Both the position numbers and the translations under genes were made by a program. This document shows, piece after piece, positions 1 to 11,409 of a DNA stretch of 64,000 bases. This stretch comes from Mustelus asterias (lineage: Eukaryota). The notes beneath the pieces are model-generated. The model did no database searches, was not told where the DNA came from, and saw nothing but the letters and a program-made list of their open reading frames with translations. The DNA is taken from positions 434,001 to 498,000 of the forward strand of contig NW_027590274.1 in the NCBI RefSeq assembly GCF_964213995.1, read 5' to 3'. The first letter of the stretch is position 1. Each line of letters opens with the position of its first letter.

Positions 1-540
1 TGCTGGTTTCAACTCCTTTACTGTGCTATTTCCCCATAGCCCTGTATTCCCCGATCTATCAAATATGTATCCACCTCCACTTTAAATACTTTTAACGATC
101 CAGCCTCCACCACCCTTTGGGGCGGGGAATTCCAGAGCTTCATCATCCTCTGTGAGAAGAAATTCCTGCACACCTCAGTTTTAAATGACTGACCTTTTAT
201 TTTGTTTGAAAATATCTCACCATCTACCCTGTCAAGCCCCCTCAGGATCTGAAATGTTTCAATAACTCCTTTGTCTTCAAAACTTCAAGGAACACAGACC
301 TTGACAATTTACTCCCTCGTGATAGGACAACCCTCCTATCCCAGGAATTAGCCTGGTGAATTTCCTTTGGACTATGTCCAATATTACTATATCCTTGTTT
401 AGATAAGGGGATCAAAACTGTATGCACTATTCCAGGTGAGGCATCACCAACACACTGTACAGTTGCAACAAAACCTCCCTGTTTTTAAACTCCAACCCCT
501 TTGCAATAAAAGCCAAAATGCCATTTTCCTTCTTAACTCG
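1..540 (-). mobile_element. CR1-type LINE, decayed 3' RT fragment
   Basis: Reverse strand resembles the CR1 ORF2 C-terminal region seen in better-preserved copies in this window. Confidence 0.65.
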
Positions 541-599
541 TGTGGGACCTGCCTGCTCGCCTTTTGTGATTCATAGAGAGAAACAGACTGAATGTGACC

Positions 600-958
600 T
601 AGAAATCATAGAAACCCTACAGTGCAGAAGGAGGCCATTCGGCCCATCGAGTCTGCACCGACCACAATCCCACCCAGGCCCTACCCCCACATATTTACCT
701 GCTAATCCCTCTAACCTACGCATCCCAGGACTCTAAGGGGCAATTTTTAACCTGGCCAATCAACCTAACCCGCACATCTTTGGACTGTGGGAGGAAACCG
801 GAGCACCCGGAGGAAACCCACGCAGACACGAGGAGAATGTGCAAACTCCACACAGACAGTGACCCGAGCCGGGAATCGAACCCGGGACCCTGGAGCTGTG
901 AAGCAGCAGTGCTAACCACTGTGCTACCATGTCGCCCGTCTGTGCTACCGTGCCGCCC
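600..958 (-). mobile_element. tRNA-derived V-SINE (HE1-like) with CR1-type tail and duplicated 5' head
   Basis: Reverse strand has A-box TAGCACAGTGG, B-box GGTTCGATTCC, core GGGTTTCCTCCGGGTGCTCCGGTTTCCTCCCACAGTCC and TTCTATGA tail. Confidence 0.9.
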
Positions 959-1149
959 GATTCATGCACAAGAACACCAAGATCCCTCTGTACTTCACTC
1001 ACCGGCAGCCTCTCTCCATTTAGATAATCTCCCTGTTGATTCCTCCAACTGAAATACATGACCTCACACTTCCCCACTTTAAACTCCATTTGCCAGGTTT
1101 TGAAGAGAGGGGTGACTTTATTGCATCTTCCCCAATGCCCGTTTCATCT

Positions 1150-1408
1150 TTCCCAGGCCCTATCCCTGTAGCCCTACATTTTTACCCCACTAATCCACCT
1201 AATCTACATCTATTGGGACACAAAGGGGCAATTTAGCATGGCCAATCAATCTAACCCGCACATCTTTGGACTGTGGGAAGAACCTGGAGAACTCAGAAAT
1301 CCACACAGACATGGAGAGAATGCGCATACTCCACACAGATTGTCACCGGGATTGAACCTGGGTCCCTGGCACTGTGAGGCAGCAGTGCTAACCACTGTGC
1401 TGCCATGG
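1150..1408 (-). mobile_element. V-SINE, degenerate
   Basis: Same head and core motifs, diverged. Confidence 0.75.
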
Positions 1409-1411
1409 CGC

Positions 1412-1810
1412 CATATCTAAATAAACTACAGATTTCTCTCGATCTACCCTCCTTCTTATATCCTCAAACAATTCAAGCAAATTTGTCAAACGTAATTTAT
1501 CTTTCTGAGAACCATGTTGACGAGGTTTGATTATATTCAGCTTTCCTAAATGATTAGCTATTTGCTCTTTGATTATTGACTCCAGCGTCTTGCCAATAAT
1601 AGATATTAAATTAACTGACTTATAGTTCCCTGCCTTCTGCCTTTCTCCCTTTTTGACCAAGGTAGTCACATTGACCGACTGCCAATCTTCTGATACTCTC
1701 CCGGAATCTAGCAAGTTACGAAAAATTTAAACAAAATTCTCCAGCAACCTCCATTCAAAAGCTAGCGTGCAGTTCATTGGGTCCTGGTGACTTGTCCGCC
1801 CTGAGTCACT
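1412..1810 (-). mobile_element. CR1 RT fragment
   Basis: ORF 1388..1714: DWQSVNVTTLVKKG..KAGNYKSVNL..QHG..LTNLLELFE. Confidence 0.85.
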
Positions 1811-2510
1811 GAAGGGAAAGGAAATGAGTCCAGTCTACCTCATCCATACATTTTTGGTCCAGTCATATAGACATATATCTGTCTGGCAGCCTGCATGGAG
1901 ATTTCCAGCTGTGTCCAGGACAGGAAACAGTGAGCATGGATCTGTCAATCAGCCTCAATCAGCACCTTCAGGAGAATTGGGAGGGTGAATATTAGATACA
2001 GCAGAGTGAGAATGGAGGGAGAGTGTGTGGGATGGAGATTTACAGTTTTTGGGGAATGAGAGAGAAAGGAATGTTTCATAGAAACTAGAACTGTCTGTTC
2101 TGAATTTCTATCCTGTACTGACACTGATGACTTTTGTAAATTCCTTTTACAGGATATCAGAAGGTGAGAATTTACAGACAGAAATCTCAAACCAAACATC
2201 ACATCAACATCTGACAGAGTCACTCAATTTATCGGGACCTGAATATCACTGACCTTTCAATCTAGAAGGGGAAAGGTTTCTCTGTTCTGTCAGCTTCTGA
2301 AGATTTTAAGTATCTGTGTGACTGGAAAAGCACCAAGACACACACACACCTGAGTCAGAGTGCTCCAGTGCACTGAGTGTGGAAAGAGCTTTAACCAGTT
2401 ACACCGCCTGAAAATACATCGCAGCATTCACAGCGGGGAGAGACTGTACCCTGTTCTGTGTGAGATTTAACTGATTGTTTAACCTGGAGAGTCACAAGGA
2501 CACCCGAACC

Positions 2511-3264
2511 ATGGGGAAACCGTGGAAATGTGGGGACTGTGGGAAGGGATACATGTGCCCATCTCGGCTGGAAATCCATCGACGCAGTCACACTGGCGAG
2601 AGGCCCTTCAGCTGCTGTGTGTCTGGGAAGGGATTCACTCAGTCATCCGAACTGCGGACACACCAACTAGTTCACACTGGGGAGAGGCCATTCACCTGCT
2701 CTGTGTGTGGGAAGGGATTCACTCAGTCATCCAGCCTGCAGGCACACCAGCGAGTTCACACTGGGAAGAAGCCATTCACCTGCTGCGTGTGTGGGAAGAG
2801 ATTCAGTCAGTTATCCAACCAGCAGAGACACCAGCGAGTTCATAATGGGGAGAGACCATTCACCTGCCCTGTGTGTGGGAAGGGATTCCGTCAGTTATCC
2901 ACCCTGCAGAAACACCAGCGAGTTCACACTGGGGAGAGGCCTTTCACCTGCCCTCAGTGTGAGAAAGGATTCTCCAACTCTTCCAGCCTGCAGACAGCGC
3001 ATTCACACTGGAGAGAGACCATTCACCTGCTCTCAGTGTGGGAAGGGATTTACTGCCTCATCCAGTTTGCAGACACACCAGCAAGTTCACACCGGAGAGA
3101 GGCCGTTCACCTGCCCGAAGTGTGAGAAGGGATTCACTAACTCATCCAGCCTGCGGACACACCAGCGAGTTCACACTGGGGAGAGGCCGTTCACCTGCTC
3201 TCAGTGTGGGAAGGGATTCAGAGTTTCATCCCAGCTGCTGCGACACCAACAAGTTCACGAGTGA
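2511..3264 (+). pseudogene. C2H2 zinc-finger gene ZNF-1, 9 fingers, frameshifted
   Basis: ATG 2511 MGKPWKC; TGERPF linkers; apparent 4-bp deletion near 2995 (CTGCAGACAGCGC); finger 2 has Cys to Ser; acceptor TTTTACAG ends at 2152. Confidence 0.9.
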
Positions 3265-3559
3265 TTCCAGGGGTTGAATTCTGCTGTTATTGTTTCTGCT
3301 CTCAATTACATCCAGGACTGCATTTTGTTCATTCTCACAGTTGGTCAATGGGGAGGGTCGGAGGGTTTCTTTCTGCTGGACTGGCCAGTCTCACCACTTT
3401 GCCTCCAGTGGGCTGATGCTCTTTGAGTCTTGTTGCGAATACCTGGTTTCAAATTTCACACGGATCACAGAGTGACAGGGTGTTAGGAAGTTAAGAGTCA
3501 CTATTTCTGTTTGAAACTTCCCAAATGCTCATCCAATTTCCTTTGTAATTGTTTATTGT

Positions 3560-3815
3560 CTCCACTTCCTCCACCCTCGGAGGCAGCGAGTTCCAGGTCA
3601 TTACCATTCGCTGCATCAGAATATTCTTCTTCACATCCCCCCCCCTCGCATCTCTGTTCCAAAACCTTAAATCTGTGCCCCCTCTCGTCCTTGTCCCATC
3701 AGTTAATGAGAACAGCTTTTCTTTGTCCACCTTATCTAAACCTGTCAGAATCTTGTCCACCTCTATCAAATCTCCCTTCAACCTCCTTTGCTCCAAGGAG
3801 AACAACCCCAGCCTG
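3560..3815 (-). mobile_element. CR1 3' fragment fixed in the ZNF 3' tail
   Basis: RLGLFSLEQRRLKGDLIEVDKIL; the same fragment recurs at about 20960-21235, 33330-33580 and 46220-46470. Confidence 0.85.
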
Positions 3816-4635
3816 ACATTGACAATAAAGAACAAACTAACATAATATGTTACTACCTGAAATTAAATGGGAATGTTTAATTTCTGTTTTAAAGATATTG
3901 TGAATATATTGTCCTGGCCAATAAAGAAATTGCAATAACTCACCTTGGGTGTGGTTGAATGGAATATATCAATCTGGTATCCACCTACAGTCCAGTGAAT
4001 GTCTGGAATGTGTAGCTGGAAATCCCTAACAGCACTGTGGGTGTACCTACACCTCAGGCATTGTAGCAGTTCAGGAAGGCAGTGTTGGGGTTGACCATGT
4101 CCGAGGCAGCTACAGACAGCCACATATCCTGTTATAATTGAAGGACTGCAGATTGAATGTGAGGCATTATGGGACTGGACTATCTTGACCACATTCCTGT
4201 GACTGCTCAGTTTCTGCAATCACGGACCATTAAAGCTGCTCAGCAGGGCCCCGACAGAGGACCTGGTGAGAATATTTACTCAGAATGACTTAGAATTAAA
4301 CTTATTCCAGGATCGGCTGGTGTTCAGTGGCTGAGATACTTGAATCTGTAAAAAGGGGGTCTGACCAATCAACAAACGATGATAGGTAGTTGGTTCAAAG
4401 CGTTCTCAGGCATTATTTAAATTATTTTATCATATATTTGTGACCTGATAGTTGGTGAAGTGACAGATACTCCAAGTAGCACTGGACTGAAAAGCGGACC
4501 TCAGAGTAGATTCTAATGGTTATAATCTTACCCAAGCATGGCCAGTGAAAAACCAGAGCTCGAGTGGGTACCGGACAGGTCTCTTACCTGCCATTTGGAA
4601 ACTAAGAACAAGAAACTTATTGATACAATGTTAAG

Positions 4636-4812
4636 AGAATAGAGCCAACGTTTTGAGTCTGGATTACACTTCAGAAGAGCTCTTATGAAAGGTCATCCAG
4701 ACTTGAAACATTGGCTCTATTCTCTCTCCACAGATACTGTCAGACCTGCTGAGATTTTCCAGCATTTTCTGTTTTTGTTTCAGATTCCAGATTCCGCAGT
4801 ATTTTACTTTTA
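4636..4812. mobile_element. Penelope-like pseudo-LTR with inverted 5' segment
   Basis: Imperfect palindrome of about 90 bp centred on AAGAGCTCTT with a decayed hammerhead core; paralogs at 34275-34452 and 43533-43710. Confidence 0.65.
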
Positions 4813-5389
4813 TGATAAAATGATTAGTTCTGATTGGAATCCCCACGACTCTCCCGCCAAATAGAGGGAGTGGTGGCAAAGGGAAAAAAGGATAAGGATG
4901 ATAAAGTCTGGGTTCTGATTCTCATGTAGAACTAACAAAATGAGTGAATCAGTTTATAAAGAACAGAAGTTACCCATCCCTAACAAAAACTGATCAAATT
5001 AAAATTATTCGGTTGAGGAAGAAAACAAAAAGAATAATAGATGAAGTTTAAAATTAAGATTGTTTTGTTGTTAGAGATTTTTTAAATTATGTAAAGAACA
5101 TAAGAACATAAGAAATAGGAGCAGGAGTAGGCCATCTAGCCCCTCGAGCCTGCCCCGCCATTCAATAAGATCATGGCTGATCTGACGTGGATCAGTACCA
5201 TTTAAAGTGATGTAATTGTGTGCCAAGTTTTTGCTGCTCACTCCCCACCCCTTTAGGTTCTGTAGAAAAGTTAACCCTTTCAGCAGACAGTTCATTTGTT
5301 TTTAAATCGCCCGGAAACGTATGTCTATTTTGCTTTATAATTGAGGATTTATGGGAACCAGTTAAATGTGGAAATTTTAAGCATAGCCA

Positions 5390-5756
5390 CTAAGACCATA
5401 TTCACTTGCGGTGTGACCCTGAGTCAGGAACAGTTTCAGAGTCAACAACCTGTTACTGAGAACATGGCAGAGGATCATGCTGCTGTGGATGTTCACCAGG
5501 AAATGGTTCCTGTGTTTCCAGCTTTGCCAGTTGACTCTGCTGTGGGAGTGGAAGAGGAATGTTCATGTACAGATTCTCAAACTGCCTCTTCACCTCCCAT
5601 TCCAGATCCACCATTACAAGATTTACCAGTCTTGTAATGGTGGATCTGGAATGGTCGCAATGCAACCACAAAGCTCCTGACAGACTTCCGTATCATTAAA
5701 GACATTACTTTGTTGTATTTCTGTCCTAATGGGGGATTGAAATTTAAGGGGAGAAG
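5390..5756 (+). mobile_element. Gypsy-like LTR retrotransposon 3' internal fragment with polypurine tract
   Basis: Paralog of 26380-26727; ends AAGGGGAGAAG followed by TGTTAC. Confidence 0.65.
5597..5654. repeat. Perfect 25-bp inverted repeat with 8-nt loop
   Basis: CCATTCCAGATCCACCATTACAAGA-tttaccag-TCTTGTAATGGTGGATCTGGAATGG. Confidence 0.95.
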
Positions 5757-6194
5757 TGTTACAGAGTGTTCTTCTCAGCCTCTCTCCCTTCTGAGCACGT
5801 GCGGGCTTTGGGCGGGGTTTCAGTCTGCAAGTCCAGGCTGGTTCCAATGCTCCTGTTTCCTTTTGTTTGCCAATGAGTTTTAAACGTTGTTATTTATTTA
5901 TATAAAGAAGATTCTGCTTTTAACAATGCATTTGACTACCTTATTTGTGGACTGACGTTCCCACAATTGTAAAGCAGGAGATTAGTTAAATGGACAGCCT
6001 GAATTGAGAGACAATTAAAGAATAAATGATTCATTAATACAGATGTTAGGCTGGAAATGTAAATTTGAACACAAAAGTTTATAACGTTTAGAATTATAAA
6101 GATATAAAGAATGTTTAAAATGCTGTGGGGATTATACGATGTTCCCTTCTGAGGCCAACAGAATAGAAAAAAAACAGATAACAAGACTTGTTCG

Positions 6195-6495
6195 CGTGGC
6201 GCGGTGCCACAGGTTCGCACTGCTGCCTCACAGCGCCAGGGACCTGGGTTCGATTCCCGGCTTGGGTGACTGTGCAGAGTCTGCACGTTCTCCCCGTGTC
6301 TGCGTGGGTTTCCTCTGGGTGATCCAGTTTGTTCCCGAAGTCCAAAGGACGTGTGGGTTAGGTGGATTGGCCATGCTAAATTCTCCCTCAGTGTACCCGA
6401 ACAGATGTCGGAGTGTTGCGACTAGGGGGATTTTCCCAGTAACTTCATTGCAGTGTTAATGTCAGCATACTTGTGACACTAATTAATAAACTTTA
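6195..6495 (+). mobile_element. V-SINE with alternative tail
   Basis: tRNA head and V core, then GTAACTTCATTGCAGTGTTAATG...AATAAACTT tail. Confidence 0.85.
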
Positions 6496-6819
6496 AAACA
6501 TTGTTAACCTTGACTGGAGGGAATGAATCGTCTCCTATTCAAGATGTCTCAACATTGAATGACTGATGTTAACCAATTATTGGTCGACACTCAGGCTTCC
6601 CCAAGCTAAGAGATATCATTTGAGAGAAAGAATTGTCTTAAAATTCAGACAATGTGCGCAATTAGCTAAAAACCAAACCAGTTTCATTATTGACAAGTTA
6701 TAGACCAATTGGCTAATTCCCAACAATTGGCTGAGCTGGGCTTTCTACATGTTGAAAGTATAAAAAAGGGGATTCAAGAAACCAATTTGGCAAAAGTTTT
6801 TAAAAGTTCAAGGTGTTTT

Positions 6820-7083
6820 TAAGCTTATTTATTAGTGTCACACATTCACACTGCAATGAAGTTACGCTGAAAATCCTTTAGTCACCACACTGGTGCCTGT
6901 TCGGGGAAACTGAGGGAGAATTTAACATGCTCAATGTACCTAACCAGCAAGTCCTTTGGACTTTGGGGAAAAAACCCCCACAGACAGGGGAGAATATGCA
7001 GACTCTGCACAGACAGTGACCCAAGGTGGAACTCAAACCCGGGTCTCTGGCGCTGTGAGGCAGCAGTGCGAACCACTGTGTCC
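6820..7083 (-). mobile_element. V-SINE with alternative tail
   Basis: Reverse complement of the same family. Confidence 0.8.
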
Positions 7084-7536
7084 AACAGAGAGGTATTGGG
7101 AGCTGTTGATTTTACAAGTTATCCGTGTTTTCAGAGCCACCACTTCATGTCCTGGTCTGAGAGGGATGGAGAGAAGTTAAAGTTAAGCTTTCTCCTTTAC
7201 TGTTGATCGATACTTTGCTTTTTTATCTTTCTGACTTGTTACATTTTTAATGGTGAATAAACTTTCTGAATTCACCATTTAAAGTGTTCTTTCTTGCCAT
7301 ATGGTTGAGTCACTGGAACCTGGGTGAGTTATGATTAGGGAGGTTGTTGTAAACAAGTGAACCCCATAAATCTTAGTTCAAACAAATCAAAATTCTTACA
7401 TATGGAATGCAATCCTTTATTACGAGAGAAATTAAACAGAGAAGTAAAGATGTTATGCTTCAGTTATATAGGGCTTTGCTGGAACTGCATCTTGAATAGG
7501 GGCTGCAGTTTTTGTCTCCTATTAAACAAAGGATTG

Positions 7537-7858
7537 TAGAATCCCTACAGTACAGACAGAGGCCGTTCTGTCCATCGAGTCTGTACCAAACACCATCCCA
7601 TCCAGGCCCTATTCCCATAACCACATGCATTTACTCCAGCCAGTCCGCCTGACACTAAGGGTCAATTTAACACGGCCAAATCAACCTAACCCACACATCT
7701 TTGGACTGTGGGAGGAAACCGGAGCACCCGGAGGAAACCCACACAGACACGGGGAGAATGTCCAAACTCCACACAGACAGTGACCCGGGCTGGAATTGAA
7801 CCTGGGTCCCTGGCGTTGTGAGGCAGCAGTGCTAACCACTGTGCTGCCGTGCTGTCCC
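7537..7858 (-). mobile_element. V-SINE with CR1-type tail
   Basis: Head, core and tail motifs present. Confidence 0.85.
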
Positions 7859-8255
7859 ATTTTATAAATACCATGGAAGCAGTTCAGAGGAGATTTACTA
7901 GATTGATTCCCAATCCAGTAGTGTGAAATATTAACACTGTTTCTCTCTCCATAAATGTTGCCAGACCTAATGCATTTTTGCAGTTCTTTCTGTATTTATT
8001 TCAGATCTACCTGTAGTGGTAGGAAAAACACTATTTACTATCCAGGATAAATAAATGTCCTTCATCAGCTTTTGTGGATCATTTCAGTGGAAATGTGCTC
8101 TCCCAGGCTCAAAGAGCATCAGCCCACTGGAAACAAAATTGTGAGACCGGCCAGTCCAGCAGAAAGAAACCCTCCGACCCTCCCACTTCACCAACTGTCA
8201 GAATGAACATGGTTCAGTCCTGGATGTGATTAATAGCAGCATCCAACCCCTGTCA

Positions 8256-9098
8256 TCATTCGTGAACTCGTTGGTGTCTCCGCAGGCTGGATGACTGAGT
8301 GAATCCCTTCCCACACACACAGCAGGTGAATGGTCTCTCCCCAGTGTGAACTCGCTGGTGCTCCCGCAGGCTGGATGACGTTCTAAATTTCTTTGTGCAG
8401 TGAGAGCAGCTGAACGGTCTCTCCTCAGTGTGAATGCGCTGGTGGATAACCAGATCCCGAGAACTTTTGAAACCACTGCCACAGTCAGAGCATTTAAAGG
8501 GTCTCTCCTGGGTGTGAGTGAGATTGTGACTCAGCAGGGTGGATGAATGAGTGAATCCCTTCCCACACACAGAGCAGGTGAACGGTCTCTCCCTGGTGTG
8601 AATTCGCTGGTGCTCCCGCAGGTGAGATAACGTTCTAAATGTCTTTGTGCAGTGAGAGCAGCTGAACGGTCTCTCCCCAGTGTGAATCCGCTGGTGGATC
8701 GTCAGTTCCCGAGAGCTTTTGAAACCACTTCCACAGTCAGAGCATTTAAAGGGTTTCTCATTGCTGTGAGTGACTTTGTGTTTTGACAGATTGGATAACT
8801 GCATAAATCCTTTCCCACACAACAAGCAGATGAATGGTCTCTCTCCAGTGTGAACGCGCTGGTGTCTCTGCAGATCGGGTAAATGAGCGAATCCGTTCCC
8901 ACACTCAAAGCAGATGAATGCTCTTTCTCCAGTGTGAACTAGTCGATGTCGCTGCAGATGATATAACCGAGTGAATCCCTTCCCACACACACAACAGGTG
9001 TACGGCTTCTCTCCAGTGTGAATACGTCGATGAGTTTGCAGCTCAGAGGAGGTTTTGCAACCCTTCCCACAGTCCCCACATTTCCACGGTTTCTCCAT
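8256..9098 (-). CDS. C2H2 zinc-finger protein ZNF-2, 10 fingers, no KRAB domain
   Basis: 280 aa (10x28), MEKPWKC start, intact ORF; acceptor at 9487; candidate donor at 10767. Confidence 0.92.
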   Translation of the reverse strand: MEKPWKCGDCGKGCKTSSELQTHRRIHTGEKPYTCCVCGKGFTRLYHLQRHRLVHTGERAFICFECGNGFAHLPDLQRHQRVHTGERPFICLLCGKGFMQLSNLSKHKVTHSNEKPFKCSDCGSGFKSSRELTIHQRIHTGERPFSCSHCTKTFRTLSHLREHQRIHTRERPFTCSVCGKGFTHSSTLLSHNLTHTQERPFKCSDCGSGFKSSRDLVIHQRIHTEERPFSCSHCTKKFRTSSSLREHQRVHTGERPFTCCVCGKGFTQSSSLRRHQRVHE

Positions 9099-9258
9099 GG
9101 TGCAGGTATCCTTGTGTTGCTCCAGGTTTGACCAGCAGTTGAAGTCTCACACAGAACAAGATTATAGTGCCCTGCTGTGATGGTGCAATATTTTTTCAGG
9201 CTGTGTAACTGGGAAGCTCTTTCCACAGTCACTGCATGGGAAAATCTCAGTTGATTTT

Positions 9259-9302
9259 GTGTGTGTGTGTGTGTGTGTGTATGTGTGTGTGTGTGTGTGT
9301 GT
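9259..9302. repeat. (GT)n microsatellite in the ZNF-2 leader
   Basis: About 22 GT units. Confidence 0.95.
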
Positions 9303-9929
9303 CAGTCCTGTTCCAGTCACACTGATGTTTAAAGACTGCTAAAGCCAACAGAACAGAGAAACATTTCTCCTTCTGGATTCAAAGACCGAAGATATTCAGG
9401 TCCCGATGAATTGAGTGACTCTGTCAGATGTTGATGTGATGTTTGGTTTGAGATTTCTGTCTGTAAAATCCTCAACTTCTGATGTCCTGTAAAAGGAGTT
9501 TACAAAGGTTATCACTGTCAGTACAGGATAGAAATTCAGAACAGACAATTCTAGTTTCCATGGAACATTCTTTCCTCTCTCATTCCCGAAGAGCTGTGAA
9601 TCTCCATCCCACACACTGTCCCTCCATTCTCACTCTGATGTATCTAATATTCACCCTCCCAATTCTCCTGCAGGTGCTGATTGAGGCTGATTGATAGATC
9701 CGGCTCACTGCTTCCTGTCCTGGACAGAGAGAGCTGGAAATCTCCATGCAGGCTGCCAGACAGATATATGTCTATCTGACTGGACTAACAATATGTGGAA
9801 CATACCAACTGGTTCACTTCCTTTCCCTTCAGTTGCTGCAAGTCCCCAATTTCCCCCAGAATGAGAAAAGAAATGGAAAGGGGGAGAAAAGAAAAAGTGT
9901 TTTAATCACAGATGTTGGCCTTTTGTAAG

Positions 9930-10305
9930 GTCAAACCAAATAAACAAACTCAAGTTAAATCAGGACAAAGTAAAAGGGGCAGCTCCCCAAAAGGAGGGGG
10001 AGCAGCCCAAACAAAAATCAAAGTACAAAGGAAACTTTAAAACATCAAATCATAATGTGATTATTAGGATCGATAACACATCCCAACCCCTGCAGTGCCC
10101 AACGGGGGCGGAAGGCGTCAACCGCACCCATGGACATCGCATGTTCCCTCTCCAGGGACACCTGGCCGCGAACGTAGCCACAGTAGAGGGGCAGACAGTC
10201 AGGATGGACGGCCCCCTCGATCGCCCGCTGCCTGGACCTATAAATGGCGCGCTTTGCCAGGCCCAGGACCAGGTTCACGAGGAGGTCGCCATCCTGACCC
10301 ACCCC
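9930..10305 (-). mobile_element. Tx1/L1-clade LINE, ORF2 C-terminus and 3' UTR fragment
   Basis: DLLVNLVLGLAKRAIYRSR...VSLE...F..RW resembles the Tx1 ORF2 terminus; T-rich 3' UTR follows. Confidence 0.65.
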
Positions 10306-10314
10306 TCTCTGCGA

Positions 10315-10492
10315 GGGTTTCCTCCGGGTGCTCCGGTTTCCTCCCACAGTCCAAAGATGTGCAGGTTAGGTCGATTGGCCATGCTAAAAAAATTGTCCCT
10401 TAGTGTCCTGGGATGCCTAGGTGGGATTGTGGTCGGTGCAGACTCGATGGGCCGAATGGCCTCTTTCTGTGCTGTAGGGTTTCTATGATTCT
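10315..10492 (+). mobile_element. V-SINE 3' half
   Basis: V core and CR1-type tail. Confidence 0.85.
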
Positions 10493-10539
10493 ATTGTCCC
10501 TCTGAAGACAGAGGTTCTGAACCAACCCCTGAAACCACG

Positions 10540-10910
10540 CCCATTGTGACCCGCCACCGACAGCAGCGCATGCGCTCCGTCTCCGCTGAAACAAGATGGC
10601 GGCCGATAACCGGGGCCTGTTCCCGGGATAAAAGCCTGGGAGCTGTAAACGCGGGACCTGCAGGGTCTTATTCGGGCCGTGCGGCCCACAGCGGATGTTT
10701 GTGAAGCCAGAGCTCCCTCCCTAACCCGACTCCCGGCTCCATTTCTCCCGCAGCCCCACCGACTCACCTGCTGAAAAAAGCATCTCCCGCATTCATAGGG
10801 CTCTGGGCAAAGTGACACTGCGCACGCTCCAGATATAGCACCGCGCCTGCGCAATAGGCTCCTGTGGAATGAATAGGACACGTTCACACCCGCAGGGGCA
10901 CCTGGGAATT
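10540..10910 (-). promoter_or_regulatory. CpG-island promoter and non-coding exon 1 (type A) for ZNF-2
   Basis: NRF1-like GCGCATGCGC 10566-10575; YY1-like AAGATGGCGGC 10593-10603; minus-strand donor CAG|GTGAGT at 10768/10767; homologous to 34880-35230. Confidence 0.7.
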
Positions 10911-11409
10911 AACGGCGTCATTGTCAATCAAAGACAATAATAGAAAATTATCTTGTGCAATTAAGATCAATTAATTTTTAAAAATGCATTCCTCGGAATT
11001 TGTGCGCTGCGATTCTCTATTCCTAAAATTGATTTAAACCAGTGCTCTCCTGTGGGAATACCCCGAGTTTTTAAAACTTTTCCCACTGGTTTCCTCTCGT
11101 CTCTCTGCTCTCCTGAAGGTGCTCACACTGGCTGGGTAAATCCCACAGAGACAGGTTTCTTTCACTTTCTTTCTCCTGATGCTGAATATTCTGTTTTATG
11201 GAACGATACATCACAGATGGAAACCATTTGGATCATCCTGCCCAGTCGGGCTGTCTTTAAGATCTGTCCAGTTAATCCCACAGCCCTGCTGGCAGAGTGA
11301 GAACAATGTATATATACTGCAGCAATGCGGGAGGTGAATGGAAAATGTTTTCCAGTTGCATACCTCTCAGACACACTCATCCCTCGAAAGATAAATTGGC
11401 CTGTGTACT

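Larger units (their letters stand above)
1884..4860 (+). repeat. ZNF duplicon (leader cassette, ZNF exon, shared 3' tail)
   Basis: Colinear with 31733-34497, 44320-47180 and 18190-21430/24060-24260, including the same antisense CR1 fragment in the tail. Confidence 0.85.

Noticed and set aside
2522-3416. Alternative-frame ORFs over ZNF arrays (TPASSHWGE and TSEFTLGR repeats)
   Set aside because: Shadow frames of 84-bp repeats; the same applies at the other ZNF genes
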